A stretch of 56,031 nucleotides of DNA from Candidatus Magasanikiibacteriota bacterium (GTDB taxonomy: Bacteria; Patescibacteriota; Patescibacteriia; Magasanikbacterales; UBA922), in assembly GCA_018650085.1 (NCBI GenBank), contig JABIGQ010000039.1, positions 1 through 56,031 of the forward strand. Direction: 5' to 3'. How positions within the stretch are numbered: the first letter of the stretch is position 1; each line of letters opens with the position of its first letter. A program made the translations under genes and the position numbers. The notes beneath the pieces are model-generated. The model saw nothing but the letters and a program-made list of their open reading frames with translations. It searched no databases and was not told the origin of the DNA. This document shows positions 10,014-19,795 of the stretch, in pieces.

Positions 10014-10289
10014 ATGAAAAAAGAGTCGAGGCCAACAGGAGCGCCTAAAGCGCACAGAAATATTGGGAAAGAAGGTTTTGAAGGGATGTTTGATGATATA
10101 GGTGGAGATAATGAAAGTCTTTTTGGTGAAGAACCGGCTATGGTACCTATTGAAGGGGATATTCAACTAGATGAAAATTTAAGTCCAGAAAATTCAGGAA
10201 AGTTAGATGATGCATTAGAAAATTTGGAAAATATAACAGAAGAACCTCCAGCAGAAAAACCTGTAGAAGATAGTGAAGAAAAAGAATAA
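10014..10289 (+). CDS. Small acidic, low-complexity hypothetical protein
   Basis: 91 aa, E/D-rich, 2 nt upstream of rsmI. Confidence 0.65.
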   Translation: MKKESRPTGAPKAHRNIGKEGFEGMFDDIGGDNESLFGEEPAMVPIEGDIQLDENLSPENSGKLDDALENLENITEEPPAEKPVEDSEEKE

Positions 10290-10291
10290 TT

Positions 10292-10960
10292 ATGCAAACA
10301 GGATTACTATCTATAGTCGCTACTCCCATAGGGAATTTAAGCGATATCACAAAAAGAGCATTAGATACATTATCTAATGCTGATATTGTATTATGTGAAG
10401 ATACGCGTGTAACAAAAAAGTTACTTACTCATTATGATATAGATACTCCTACCAGAAGCTATCACCAGCATTCACAGGAAAAAGATATAAAAGAAATTAT
10501 AGCCTTACTAGATAGTGGAAAACATTTGGCATTGGTTACAGATGCAGGAACTCCCGGTATTTCTGATCCAGGAAATCAACTTATCGCCACAGTAGTAAAA
10601 AGAACAGATGCAAGCATTTCTCCAGTTCCGGGAGCTTCAGCAATTGTCGCTGCATTGAGCATATCTGGATTTCCTACAGATAAATTTTTGTTTTTGGGTT
10701 TTCCTCCACATAAAAATAAACGAAAGAAATTTTTCAAAGAAGTTGCAGCGGCTTCATATACAGTGGCATTTTATGAATCGTCTCATAGAATAGAAAAAGC
10801 ATTGCTGGAGTTAAAAGAAGTACTAGATATAAAAAAACAAGTATGTGTATGCAGAGAGCTTACAAAAAAGTTTGAAAGCATGTATCGTGGAACTATAGAA
10901 GAAATAATAGAAATGAATATCTCCACAAAAGGGGAGTTTGTGGTAATAATCAGTTCGTAA
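10292..10960 (+). CDS. rsmI: 16S rRNA (cytidine1402-2'-O)-methyltransferase
   Basis: VATPIGNL.DIT.RAL, CEDTR, DAGTPGISDPG, FYES.HR, RELTKKFE, KGEFV. Confidence 0.97.
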   Translation: MQTGLLSIVATPIGNLSDITKRALDTLSNADIVLCEDTRVTKKLLTHYDIDTPTRSYHQHSQEKDIKEIIALLDSGKHLALVTDAGTPGISDPGNQLIATVVKRTDASISPVPGASAIVAALSISGFPTDKFLFLGFPPHKNKRKKFFKEVAAASYTVAFYESSHRIEKALLELKEVLDIKKQVCVCRELTKKFESMYRGTIEEIIEMNISTKGEFVVIISS

Positions 10961-10970
10961 ATATATAATT

Positions 10971-12461
10971 ATGCTCACTGAATATCAAAAATATAGAATG
11001 TATGAAATACTTCCAGGTGTTACTGTATGGGGGACACTTATTGCTGCAGTAGTATTATCTTTTACTCAGCCACTTTGGATGATTTACGCAGTTATTTTAT
11101 TTGATATTTATTGGGTTATTCGTGTTATTAATTTTTCTTTTTATCTCACCATTGCATGGTTACGATTTTATCGGGTGCGTCAAATTGATTGGAAAGATAC
11201 CATGCGTCATGAGTTAACAAATTGGCAAGAAAAACATCATGTCGTATTTTTGACATTATATAAAGAAGAGTGGCCAGTAGTAAAAACGTCATTAGAGAGT
11301 CTTGTAGATGCAGTATATGATAAAGAGAAATTTGTCATTGTCATAGCAGGAGAAGAACGCGCAAAAGAACAATATGAAGGTATATTAGCTCAAGCAAAAG
11401 AAGAATTTGGAGATAAATTTTTTGATATAGTTGGGACACTTCATCCAAAAGATTTAACAGGAGAGATTCCAGGAAAAGGATCAAACCTTCATTATGCGGA
11501 AAGGCAAATGAAAAAGTATATTGATAAAAAACAATGGAAACATGAAAAAGTTATTGCAACTATTTTTGACATAGATACTATCTGTCATATCCAATATTTT
11601 GCATATTTAACGTATCTATATTGTACGCACCCTACACCTACCAGAACTTCATTTCAACCAATTGCACTGTATAATAATAATATTTGGGATTCTCCAGCCC
11701 CATTACGTATTATGTCATTTGGAACTACTTTTTGGACATTTACTAGTTTAGCAAGGCAAGATGCATTAGTGACTTTTTCATCTCATTCTATGAGTTGGAA
11801 AGCTATAGTAGATGTAGGGTTTCATGAAAAAAGAATTGTAAGTGAAGATTCTCGTATTTTTTATCAATGTTTTCTTCATTATAATGGAGACTATAGAGTG
11901 ACTCCTATGTATTTGCCCGTATCTATGGATACAGTCCGAGATGATAGCTGGTGGGTAAGTATAAAAAATTTATATAAACAACAACGACGTTGGGCGTGGG
12001 GGACGGAGCACATCCCATATCTTATTACTGAATTTAAAAAGAAGGGGAAACTTATTCCTCTGTGGAAAAAGGCAAAATGGGTGTTTTTTGAATGGGAAGG
12101 GAAATGGTCTTGGGCTTGTGTGGCGTTACTTATTACCGTATTAGGACAACTTCCTATGCGTATTGCCCCTGCATCTGTCCGCCAAAGTGCATTGTTTTTT
12201 AACACCCCTCATCTATTACAAATTTTAATGACCATGGCATTACTTGGTATGGTCACCTCTGCTATTTTTAGTTTTCCTCTTCTCCCAAAACGTCCAGAAT
12301 CACATCCACGACATAAATATATTATTATGTTATTACAGTGGTTATTACTTCCTATAACCATGATTTTAGTCAGTGCTATTCCTGCTATAGATGCGGTAAC
12401 TCATCTTATGTTTGGGAAATATTTGGGATTCAATGTCTCTCAGAAAAAAAGAAAATTATAA
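10971..12461 (+). CDS. Membrane glycosyltransferase family 2 (processive type)
   Basis: GKGSNL, FDID, SEDSR and QQRRWAWG (D,D,D,QxxRW) with flanking TM helices. Confidence 0.9.
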   Translation: MLTEYQKYRMYEILPGVTVWGTLIAAVVLSFTQPLWMIYAVILFDIYWVIRVINFSFYLTIAWLRFYRVRQIDWKDTMRHELTNWQEKHHVVFLTLYKEEWPVVKTSLESLVDAVYDKEKFVIVIAGEERAKEQYEGILAQAKEEFGDKFFDIVGTLHPKDLTGEIPGKGSNLHYAERQMKKYIDKKQWKHEKVIATIFDIDTICHIQYFAYLTYLYCTHPTPTRTSFQPIALYNNNIWDSPAPLRIMSFGTTFWTFTSLARQDALVTFSSHSMSWKAIVDVGFHEKRIVSEDSRIFYQCFLHYNGDYRVTPMYLPVSMDTVRDDSWWVSIKNLYKQQRRWAWGTEHIPYLITEFKKKGKLIPLWKKAKWVFFEWEGKWSWACVALLITVLGQLPMRIAPASVRQSALFFNTPHLLQILMTMALLGMVTSAIFSFPLLPKRPESHPRHKYIIMLLQWLLLPITMILVSAIPAIDAVTHLMFGKYLGFNVSQKKRKL

Positions 12462-12473
12462 TATAATTATAAT

Positions 12474-13958
12474 GTGTATATGGGCTTATTTAAAAAAAAG
12501 AAAAAAATGCGAAAATGGCCATTTATATTATTATTCATAGTTATACTATTTGGTGGAATATCCTATCTTGGATTTCAATATATAAAAAAAGAAGGGATAC
12601 TTGAAAATACGTTTGTACAAAAACAATTAAAAGATTTGGCAGGAGATGAACATGCAGATGTGGTGGACGCATTGCCGACATTGCTTGGATTTGAAGAACA
12701 AAAAACATATCTTTTATTATTTTTAAATAATACAGAACTGCGGCCAGGGGGAGGATTTATAGGTTCATATGCTACCGTGAGAGTAGATAAGGGAGTTCCA
12801 GAAATTTTAATAATGGAAGGAACAGAAGGTATAGACGGACGTGCGGATAAAGATTGGCGTGTAGAACCACCAGTAATTTTGACAAAAGAATTGTATGTAG
12901 ATAAATGGTATTTTAGAGATAGTAATTGGTCGCCAGATTTTCAAATAAGTACAAAACGTTCTCTAGATTTTTATAAAAAAGAAAATGGAGTAGCTGCAGA
13001 AGAAATAGATGGAGTGATAGCAGTAACCACTCAAGTATTGGAACATATTCTTGAAAAAACAGGAGATATAGAAGTGCAAGGAATAACATTTACTAAAGAT
13101 AATGTTATTGAGATGCTGGAGCGGGAAGTAGAATATGATTTTGCAAAAAAAGGTATTGATTTTAAAGAGAGAAAACAAATCATGCGCCCATTCTTTGAAG
13201 CGATTTTAAAGAAAGTGGGATATGAAATGGTATTTGGAGGAAGTGAATATATTGAACTATTTAAAAAGATGATAGAAGAAAAACATATACTTGTCTATGC
13301 AGTTGATTTGGATATTAGTACATTGGTAAAGACTCATGATTGGGGTGGAGAAATGGTAAAAAATGATGATGACTATTTTCTATGGGTAGATGCAAATTTA
13401 GCAGCATTAAAAACAGATCATGTATTAGAAAGAAGTCTTGATTATCAGATTAAACTTTCAGAAGATGCATATATTGCAGAGGTAGACATGACCTATACTC
13501 ATGATGGAATATTTGATTGGAGAACCACGAGGTATAGAAGTTATGCACGTGTATATGTTCCAGAAGGCTCTCTATTAAAAGAAACAAAAATGATTGATCC
13601 TGCTGGGAATACACAGATTATCGACCCAAATATGGTAGATAGTGGCATAGAAAATGGGAGACAATGGTTTGGGGTATTTATAGTTATAGAACCCGGCACA
13701 GAAGAACATCTTATTTTTACATACCAAGTAGCCCCATCTGTAGTAAAACAAATGAGCTCAGGAATATACAATCTATATGCCCAAAAACAACTTGGTACAA
13801 AAGCACATAGTTTGACCATTGCGCATGAATTTGGTACAACTATAGAAGCGGCAACGCCCGCAGAAGAAAAAGAGAACTGGGGAAATACACAATATACAAT
13901 AGACACGGATTTACGTGTAGACAGAACTTTTTCTGTCCAATTGAAGAAAAGAAAATAA
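12474..13958 (+). CDS. DUF4012 domain membrane-anchored protein
   Basis: N-terminal TM; YLLLFLNNTELRPGGGFIGS, FRDSNWSPDF, IDGVIA. Confidence 0.9.
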   Translation: MYMGLFKKKKKMRKWPFILLFIVILFGGISYLGFQYIKKEGILENTFVQKQLKDLAGDEHADVVDALPTLLGFEEQKTYLLLFLNNTELRPGGGFIGSYATVRVDKGVPEILIMEGTEGIDGRADKDWRVEPPVILTKELYVDKWYFRDSNWSPDFQISTKRSLDFYKKENGVAAEEIDGVIAVTTQVLEHILEKTGDIEVQGITFTKDNVIEMLEREVEYDFAKKGIDFKERKQIMRPFFEAILKKVGYEMVFGGSEYIELFKKMIEEKHILVYAVDLDISTLVKTHDWGGEMVKNDDDYFLWVDANLAALKTDHVLERSLDYQIKLSEDAYIAEVDMTYTHDGIFDWRTTRYRSYARVYVPEGSLLKETKMIDPAGNTQIIDPNMVDSGIENGRQWFGVFIVIEPGTEEHLIFTYQVAPSVVKQMSSGIYNLYAQKQLGTKAHSLTIAHEFGTTIEAATPAEEKENWGNTQYTIDTDLRVDRTFSVQLKKRK

Positions 13959-13970
13959 TATATAAGACAT

Positions 13971-14978
13971 ATGTGGATAAAAAAGATTGGAATTGATCTG
14001 GGTACTACAAATATTTTAGTATTTCAACCAAAGCATGGGATTGTGGTAAATGAGCCATCTGTGGTCGCTATTTCTAAAGATGATAATCGTGTTTTGGCAG
14101 TAGGGATTGAAGCAAAAGATATGATAGGGAGAACGCCAGATAGTATAATTGCGGAGCGCCCGCTAAAAGATGGAGTGATAGCAAATTATAGAACTACAGA
14201 GGCTATGCTTCGTTATTTTATTAATAAAGCACTTGGTGGAATTCGTTTATTTCGTCCAGAAGTGATGATAGCAGTGCCAGCTGGGATTACTTCTACGGAG
14301 CGTAGAGCGGTGATAGATGCGGCCATGGCAGCAGGGGCAAGAGCAGCATATATTATAAAAGAACCAATTGTAGCAGCCATAGGGGCAGATATTCCTATTG
14401 GGACAGCTTCTGGTCATATGATTATAGATATTGGTGGTGGAACCAGTGAGATTGCTGTTATTTCTCTTGGTGGAATTGTGTCTTGTGGGTCAGTTCGTAT
14501 AGGCGGAACAAAATTCGATGCCTCTATTGCTGAGTTTATTAGAAAAAAATACGGATTAGCTATAGGGGATAGATCTTCAGAAGAAGTAAAAATTCATGTG
14601 GGTTCTGCTATGTATATGGAAACGCCATTGGAAATGGAAGTAAAAGGACGTGACATGATTACAGGACTTCCACGTACTATTACTGTAACTTCAAATGATA
14701 CAACAGAAGCACTCCAGCATGATTTGGAAGGGCTTATAGAAGCAGTAAAACAAGTACTTCATGATACACCACCAGAATTATCTGCAGATGTTATGGATAA
14801 GGGGATTATCATGTCTGGTGGGTCTAGTCTTTTACGTAATTTACATGAACTTATTGCTCAGGCTACAGGAGTGGCATGTTATGTAGCAGATGATGCACTG
14901 CTTTGTGTAGCAAAAGGGACAGGGATTGCATTGGAGAATTTAGATAATTATAAGAGAAGTATTGCAGCGACGAAGTAG
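13971..14978 (+). CDS. mreB: Rod shape-determining protein MreB
   Basis: IGIDLGT, NEPSVVA, RPLKDGVIA, DIGGGTSE, TPPEL. Confidence 0.97.
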   Translation: MWIKKIGIDLGTTNILVFQPKHGIVVNEPSVVAISKDDNRVLAVGIEAKDMIGRTPDSIIAERPLKDGVIANYRTTEAMLRYFINKALGGIRLFRPEVMIAVPAGITSTERRAVIDAAMAAGARAAYIIKEPIVAAIGADIPIGTASGHMIIDIGGGTSEIAVISLGGIVSCGSVRIGGTKFDASIAEFIRKKYGLAIGDRSSEEVKIHVGSAMYMETPLEMEVKGRDMITGLPRTITVTSNDTTEALQHDLEGLIEAVKQVLHDTPPELSADVMDKGIIMSGGSSLLRNLHELIAQATGVACYVADDALLCVAKGTGIALENLDNYKRSIAATK

Positions 14979-15013
14979 AGGAGTGAATTTTTTAATTAAG
15001 TGAAACATATTAT

Positions 15014-15229
15014 ATGGATTACATGAATATACTGTTTACGTGTATAGGAGTATTTGTAGTATTTGCTTCATACAAAAATTATGATTGGTTTATGAATCAT
15101 AGAAAAGCATTATTTCTTTCCAAATTAATCGGTGGAAGAGAACGCACGCGTATTTTTTATATTGGTCTGGGTATGGTGATTGTGGGTGTTGGATTATTTC
15201 ATATTATGACTGGAACAAGTATTTCGTAG
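15014..15229 (+). CDS. Immunity protein 17 (Imm17)-like 2-TM protein
   Basis: TM-NYDWFMNHRKA...GRERTRIFYIGLG-TM, the Imm17 signature pattern. Confidence 0.75.
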   Translation: MDYMNILFTCIGVFVVFASYKNYDWFMNHRKALFLSKLIGGRERTRIFYIGLGMVIVGVGLFHIMTGTSIS

Positions 15230-15246
15230 GTGGATACATAGATCAG

Positions 15247-15274
15247 AAAAAACTATCATCACGATAGTTTTTTT
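15247..15274 (+). terminator. Intrinsic terminator (possibly bidirectional)
   Basis: AAAAAACTATC-atcac-GATAGTTTTTTT. Confidence 0.8.
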
Positions 15275-15379
15275 AATATCATTTTTTTTCCTCCTTCCCG
15301 CATGGCGGGAGGTTGTTGTGTATATTTATATTTACAAAAATATACACATTTGTCAATGGGTATGTTATACTTATATCAT

Positions 15380-16516
15380 ATGATTATTGGTATAGACGCA
15401 TCACGATTATCAGAAAATAAACGCACCGGAGTAGAATGGTATGCTTTTTTTGTTATAGAAAAATTAAAAAAACTTCTTGTAAATAAAGATATAACTGTTC
15501 GACTATATTGTCGTGAACCATTAAAAAAAGATGTCTTGGATGTTATGCCAGATAACTGGGAAGTTATTCAATTAGATTGGCCACCAAAAAGATTGTGGAC
15601 ACAAATTCGTTTCAGTTGGGAAATGTGGAGACAAGCTCCAGATGTTCTTTTTATACCAGCACATGTGCCACCACTGATCCACCCAAAGAAAACAGTCGTC
15701 ATGATTCACGACATAGCTGCAAAAACATATCCAGAAAGTTATAACTTTTTTGAACGCTGGTATTCTCTTTGGTCAGCAAAATATACATTAGAAAAAATGT
15801 CCGATGTTTTATCCCCAAGTAATTTTACAAAAAAACAACTAGAGAAATTACTCCCAGCAAATGATATATTTGCACAAATACATGTAATACCTCATGGATA
15901 TGATACTAAGTTTGGAGATGTTATTGAAGAGAAAAAACAAGAAACTATTTTAGATACATATCATATTAAAAAACCATACATACTCTCTGTAAGTCGCTTA
16001 GAAGAAAAGAAAAACACCTTATCAATTATTAGTGCATTTGAACGATATAAAGAAAGAACAGGGGATAAAGATTTGTCATTGGTGCTGGTAGGAAAAGCTG
16101 GGTATGGATATGAAAAAGTAAAAGAAGCAATGGATACAAGCACATATAAAAAAGATATATATGAATTAGGATGGATAGAACAGGGAGATTTACCTGCAAT
16201 TATGCAAGGAGCACAAGTATTTTTATTTCCAAGTTTATATGAAGGATTTGGGCTTCCTGTATTAGAAGCTATGGCTGCGGGTGTTCCGGTTATTTGTTCT
16301 CGTGGGTTGAGCTTTGAAGATATTGCAGGACATGCGGCATTTTATGTAGATCCTACAGATGTAGGGCAGATGGTAGATAATCTTTATATATTGTTAAGAA
16401 ATAGAGAAGAAAGAAAAAGAGTCATTACAGAAGGAAAGATGCAAGCAATGAAATTTTCTTGGGAATCTACTGCAAAAAAGACAGCAGAAGTACTTCTGGA
16501 TAATCCTTTGCCCTAG
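15380..16516 (+). CDS. Glycosyltransferase family 4 (GT-B); true start probably 15380 (MIIGIDAS)
   Basis: IGIDAS..RTGVEWY, FPSLYEGFGLPVLEAMAAG, FSWE. Confidence 0.92.
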   Translation: MIIGIDASRLSENKRTGVEWYAFFVIEKLKKLLVNKDITVRLYCREPLKKDVLDVMPDNWEVIQLDWPPKRLWTQIRFSWEMWRQAPDVLFIPAHVPPLIHPKKTVVMIHDIAAKTYPESYNFFERWYSLWSAKYTLEKMSDVLSPSNFTKKQLEKLLPANDIFAQIHVIPHGYDTKFGDVIEEKKQETILDTYHIKKPYILSVSRLEEKKNTLSIISAFERYKERTGDKDLSLVLVGKAGYGYEKVKEAMDTSTYKKDIYELGWIEQGDLPAIMQGAQVFLFPSLYEGFGLPVLEAMAAGVPVICSRGLSFEDIAGHAAFYVDPTDVGQMVDNLYILLRNREERKRVITEGKMQAMKFSWESTAKKTAEVLLDNPLP

Positions 16517-16536
16517 AGGGAAAATTGTGATACACT
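16508..16536 (+). promoter_or_regulatory. sigma70 promoter TTGCCC-17-TACACT for holB (leaderless if the start is 16545)
   Basis: -35 at 16508-13, TG-extended -10 at 16531-36, ATG 8 nt later. Confidence 0.55.
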
Positions 16537-16538
16537 AG

Positions 16539-17495
16539 ATGTATATGAATGATATTATAGGACATAAAGATATACGTGAATTGTTTGATACTCTTATAAA
16601 AAAAGATGCACTCCATCATGCATATTGTCTGGTAGGAAATGAATATGTAGGGAAAAGAACGCTTGCAGAAATATTAGCAGCTTCATTATTACATATAAAA
16701 ACAGAAACAATACATACACATCCAGATGTATATATTGTCAAACAAGAAAAAAACAAGAAAACAGGAAAAACAAAAAAAAATATTGATATAGAACAAATTC
16801 GTACCATGCGTCATGTTACTTCACAGTATGCTGCAATGAAAGGATATACGGTCGTTATTATAGATGGCGCAGAAAAAATGAGTATAGGAGCAAGCAATGC
16901 TCTATTAAAAACATTAGAAGAACCTACAGGAAAAACAATCTTTTTTTTACTCACACATGATGAATCGCGATTACTTGCAACCATAAGATCTCGTTGTCAT
17001 ATGATATATCTCCATCCTGTTTTAGATAAAGAAATAGAAGGAGCATTGGAAGAACGTGGATATAAAGAAGCATTATCTCACGATATTGCACGATTGTCTC
17101 GTGGATGTCCTGGTAGAGCTATACAATGGGCAAAAGATCCGGATGAATTTGATGCATATAAGCAAGAAGTTCGAAGATTTTTATCACTTATAAATACACC
17201 ATTATATAAAAAAATAGCATTGACCGATGATTTGTTTGGAGATAAAACTGATCATATACAAACCAGAGAAACGTTGATACGTGTATTAGATATATGGCTC
17301 CTAATTATTCGAGACATGGCCATGATTAGTCAGGGTGGAAAGCCAAGTATGCAAATTCATAAATTACCAGAGAGTATAGCACTCCCAAAAAAACAATTAT
17401 TAACTATAGAAAAAAGAATTTATAAAACAAAAGAACAACTACGTAGAAACATTCATCCACGCTTATCTGTGGAACATATTTTATTAGCATTTTAA
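16539..17495 (+). CDS. holB: DNA polymerase III delta' subunit
   Basis: IIGH, HHAY, HPD, IDIEQIR, IIDGAEKM, ASNALLKTLEEP, LLATIRSRC. Confidence 0.92.
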   Translation: MYMNDIIGHKDIRELFDTLIKKDALHHAYCLVGNEYVGKRTLAEILAASLLHIKTETIHTHPDVYIVKQEKNKKTGKTKKNIDIEQIRTMRHVTSQYAAMKGYTVVIIDGAEKMSIGASNALLKTLEEPTGKTIFFLLTHDESRLLATIRSRCHMIYLHPVLDKEIEGALEERGYKEALSHDIARLSRGCPGRAIQWAKDPDEFDAYKQEVRRFLSLINTPLYKKIALTDDLFGDKTDHIQTRETLIRVLDIWLLIIRDMAMISQGGKPSMQIHKLPESIALPKKQLLTIEKRIYKTKEQLRRNIHPRLSVEHILLAF

Positions 17496-17504
17496 TCATA
17501 CACT

Positions 17505-18590
17505 ATGAAATCATCATATTTTCGTTTGCTTGGTCTGTGCGCTGTGTGTCTCTTGTTTGTAGGACAGGGATGTGTCTCTCTTTCTGGGGATAAAGGGGCT
17601 ACCAGTGGTCCTGCAGGTATGTTTGCCTCTACAAATAGAGGAGAATCTTGGCAGCCTGTTTCTTCATTACCAAAGGTAGATGGTGTAAAAAGTATGTCTG
17701 GTGTAAGTGTGTATCGTATGTTTGGTGATCCACAAGACCCAAAAGCAATGTATTGGGCTTCTCGTGGACATGGACTTTTTTTTACATATGACAATGGATT
17801 GACATGGCAACAACCATGGTCTGAATCATTAAAACAAGGATTTATTTACAGTGTAGCTGTTCATCCTAAAGATAAGTGTACTATTTATGTTACCACTGGT
17901 AAATTGGTCTACAAGAGTACTGATTGTAATAGAACATGGGCAGAAATACATAGAGAAGCTACAGATGATCAAGTAGTCTCTGTATTAATTAGCCCAACAG
18001 CACCATATGATGTGTATATGGCTACGACAAAAGGAAGATTTCTTGTCAGTAAAGATACAGGAGTAAGTTGGGAAGCTATATTTCAGTTTCGATTTAAAAT
18101 TGCAGAAGCATTTATAGATCCATTTATAAAAGATAGAGTATATGTGGCCACAAAAGACAATGGGATCTATAGATCATTGGATGGCGGACAAACATGGTTA
18201 ACTGGAAGTGAAGATGTCGCAGAACTTTCAAAAGCATTAGAATTTAGACGATTTTTAGCATATCCGGGTAGAGAAGGAGTATTATATTATGTATCAACAT
18301 ATGGAATACATAAATCAGAAGATGCTGGAGAAAGTTGGGAAACATTAGAATTAATTCATCCAGCAGGAAGTGCAAAAATATATGGTTTTGCTGTAAATCC
18401 AAATAATGAAAATGAAATGTATTACACGGCAACGATCAATGATAGATCTACATTTTATAAAAGTATTGATGGTGGAAAAAACTGGATTACAAAAAAACTT
18501 CCATCAAAACAATTACCAACATCTTTACGAGTGCATCCTGTAGTTGACAACCAGCTGTATTTAGGGTTTACTATACCTCCAAAGAAGTAA
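17505..18590 (+). CDS. BNR/Asp-box beta-propeller lipoprotein (YCF48-like)
   Basis: LFVGQGC lipobox; repeated SxDxGxTW Asp-boxes. Confidence 0.85.
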   Translation: MKSSYFRLLGLCAVCLLFVGQGCVSLSGDKGATSGPAGMFASTNRGESWQPVSSLPKVDGVKSMSGVSVYRMFGDPQDPKAMYWASRGHGLFFTYDNGLTWQQPWSESLKQGFIYSVAVHPKDKCTIYVTTGKLVYKSTDCNRTWAEIHREATDDQVVSVLISPTAPYDVYMATTKGRFLVSKDTGVSWEAIFQFRFKIAEAFIDPFIKDRVYVATKDNGIYRSLDGGQTWLTGSEDVAELSKALEFRRFLAYPGREGVLYYVSTYGIHKSEDAGESWETLELIHPAGSAKIYGFAVNPNNENEMYYTATINDRSTFYKSIDGGKNWITKKLPSKQLPTSLRVHPVVDNQLYLGFTIPPKK

Positions 18591-18611
18591 TTTAATTTTG
18601 TATTTAATGTT

Positions 18612-19160
18612 ATGAATATTGACGCATATAAAGAACAATTTAATAAAACGATAGATCATCTAAAACAAGAAATTTCAGCATTGCGTACTGGACGAGCTAC
18701 TCCAGCATTGGTAGAAGATGTGATGGTAGAAGCGTATGGTACAAAACAAGGGCTAAAAGCAGTGGCAAGTATTAGTGTAGCGGACGCAAAGACATTGACA
18801 GTAGAACCATGGGATAAAACACTTATGCAAGTAATAGAACTTGCTATTCGTAATTCAGATGTAGGGATTAATCCAGTAAATGATGGCAAGCTTATTCGAC
18901 TGCCATTGCCAGAACTTACTGCAGAAAGACGTGCGGATTTAATAAAAGTATTACATAAAAAATTAGAAGATGCTCGTATTGCTGTTCGTAAAATTCGAGA
19001 AGAAGTAAGAAATGATATTGATAAGGCAGAAAAAGAAAAAGTGATTTCTGAAGATGAAAAGTTTGCTTCTCAAGATGAGTTAGAAGAATTGGTAAAAGAA
19101 TATAATGAGTTAGTAAAAAAAGTTGGTCAAGATAAAGAAAAGGAAATTACAACCATTTAA
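18612..19160 (+). CDS. frr: Ribosome recycling factor
   Basis: LRTGRATP, VEAYG, PWDK, P.LTAERR, ARIAVRKIR. Confidence 0.97.
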   Translation: MNIDAYKEQFNKTIDHLKQEISALRTGRATPALVEDVMVEAYGTKQGLKAVASISVADAKTLTVEPWDKTLMQVIELAIRNSDVGINPVNDGKLIRLPLPELTAERRADLIKVLHKKLEDARIAVRKIREEVRNDIDKAEKEKVISEDEKFASQDELEELVKEYNELVKKVGQDKEKEITTI

Positions 19161-19169
19161 TATAGATCT

Positions 19170-19613
19170 ATGCGTATAGTGCTCCAAAAAGTAAAAAGAG
19201 GAATGGTAGATATAGACGGACAGACTATTGCGCAAATTGCAGATGGATATGTATTATTACTTGCAATTCATAAAAATGACACGACAGTAGATGCAGATAA
19301 ACTGGTAGAAAAAGTATTGAAACTGCGTTTATTTGCACCGGTAGGGAGTGATTCATTTATGGAGCAAAATATTATAGAATGGGGAGGAAGTCTGATTATA
19401 GTAAGCCAATTTACACTCTATGGAGATTGTAAAAAAGGAACACGACCAAGTTTTACCGATTCTGCACGTCCAGAAAAAGCAAAAGAATTGTATAAGTATG
19501 TCGTAGATTCTTTTATAGAAAAAGGAATTCACGTAGAAGTGGGAGCCTTTGGGGAGCATATGGAAGTAGAACTTATCAATGATGGACCTATAACACTTAT
19601 CTTAGATTCGTAA
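19170..19613 (+). CDS. dtd: D-aminoacyl-tRNA deacylase
   Basis: MRIVLQKV, VSQFTL, KGTRPSF, NDGPIT. Confidence 0.96.
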   Translation: MRIVLQKVKRGMVDIDGQTIAQIADGYVLLLAIHKNDTTVDADKLVEKVLKLRLFAPVGSDSFMEQNIIEWGGSLIIVSQFTLYGDCKKGTRPSFTDSARPEKAKELYKYVVDSFIEKGIHVEVGAFGEHMEVELINDGPITLILDS

Positions 19614-19640
19614 TATTGTACAACTTTAGCTATAATAATT

Positions 19641-19779
19641 GGGTGGAACCTTTTTAGCTAAAAGACAATAAAATAAAAGTAAAACAACGGGTGGAACCGT
19701 CATACAAATGAATATATTGTATGACCCCGGTATATTGTGTATAAATAGATTTATTTATAGACAGTATATCGGGTTTTTT
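19641..19779 (+). promoter_or_regulatory. T-box riboswitch (glycine), compact and atypical, upstream of glyQS
   Basis: Antiterminator CGGG(19688-91)-TGGAACC bulge-GTCATACAA/TTGTATGAC-CCCG(19726-29); mutually exclusive terminator 19726-19773 followed by TTTTTT; TATAAT at 19631-36. Confidence 0.88.
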
Positions 19780-19795
19780 AATAATAATTACATAT

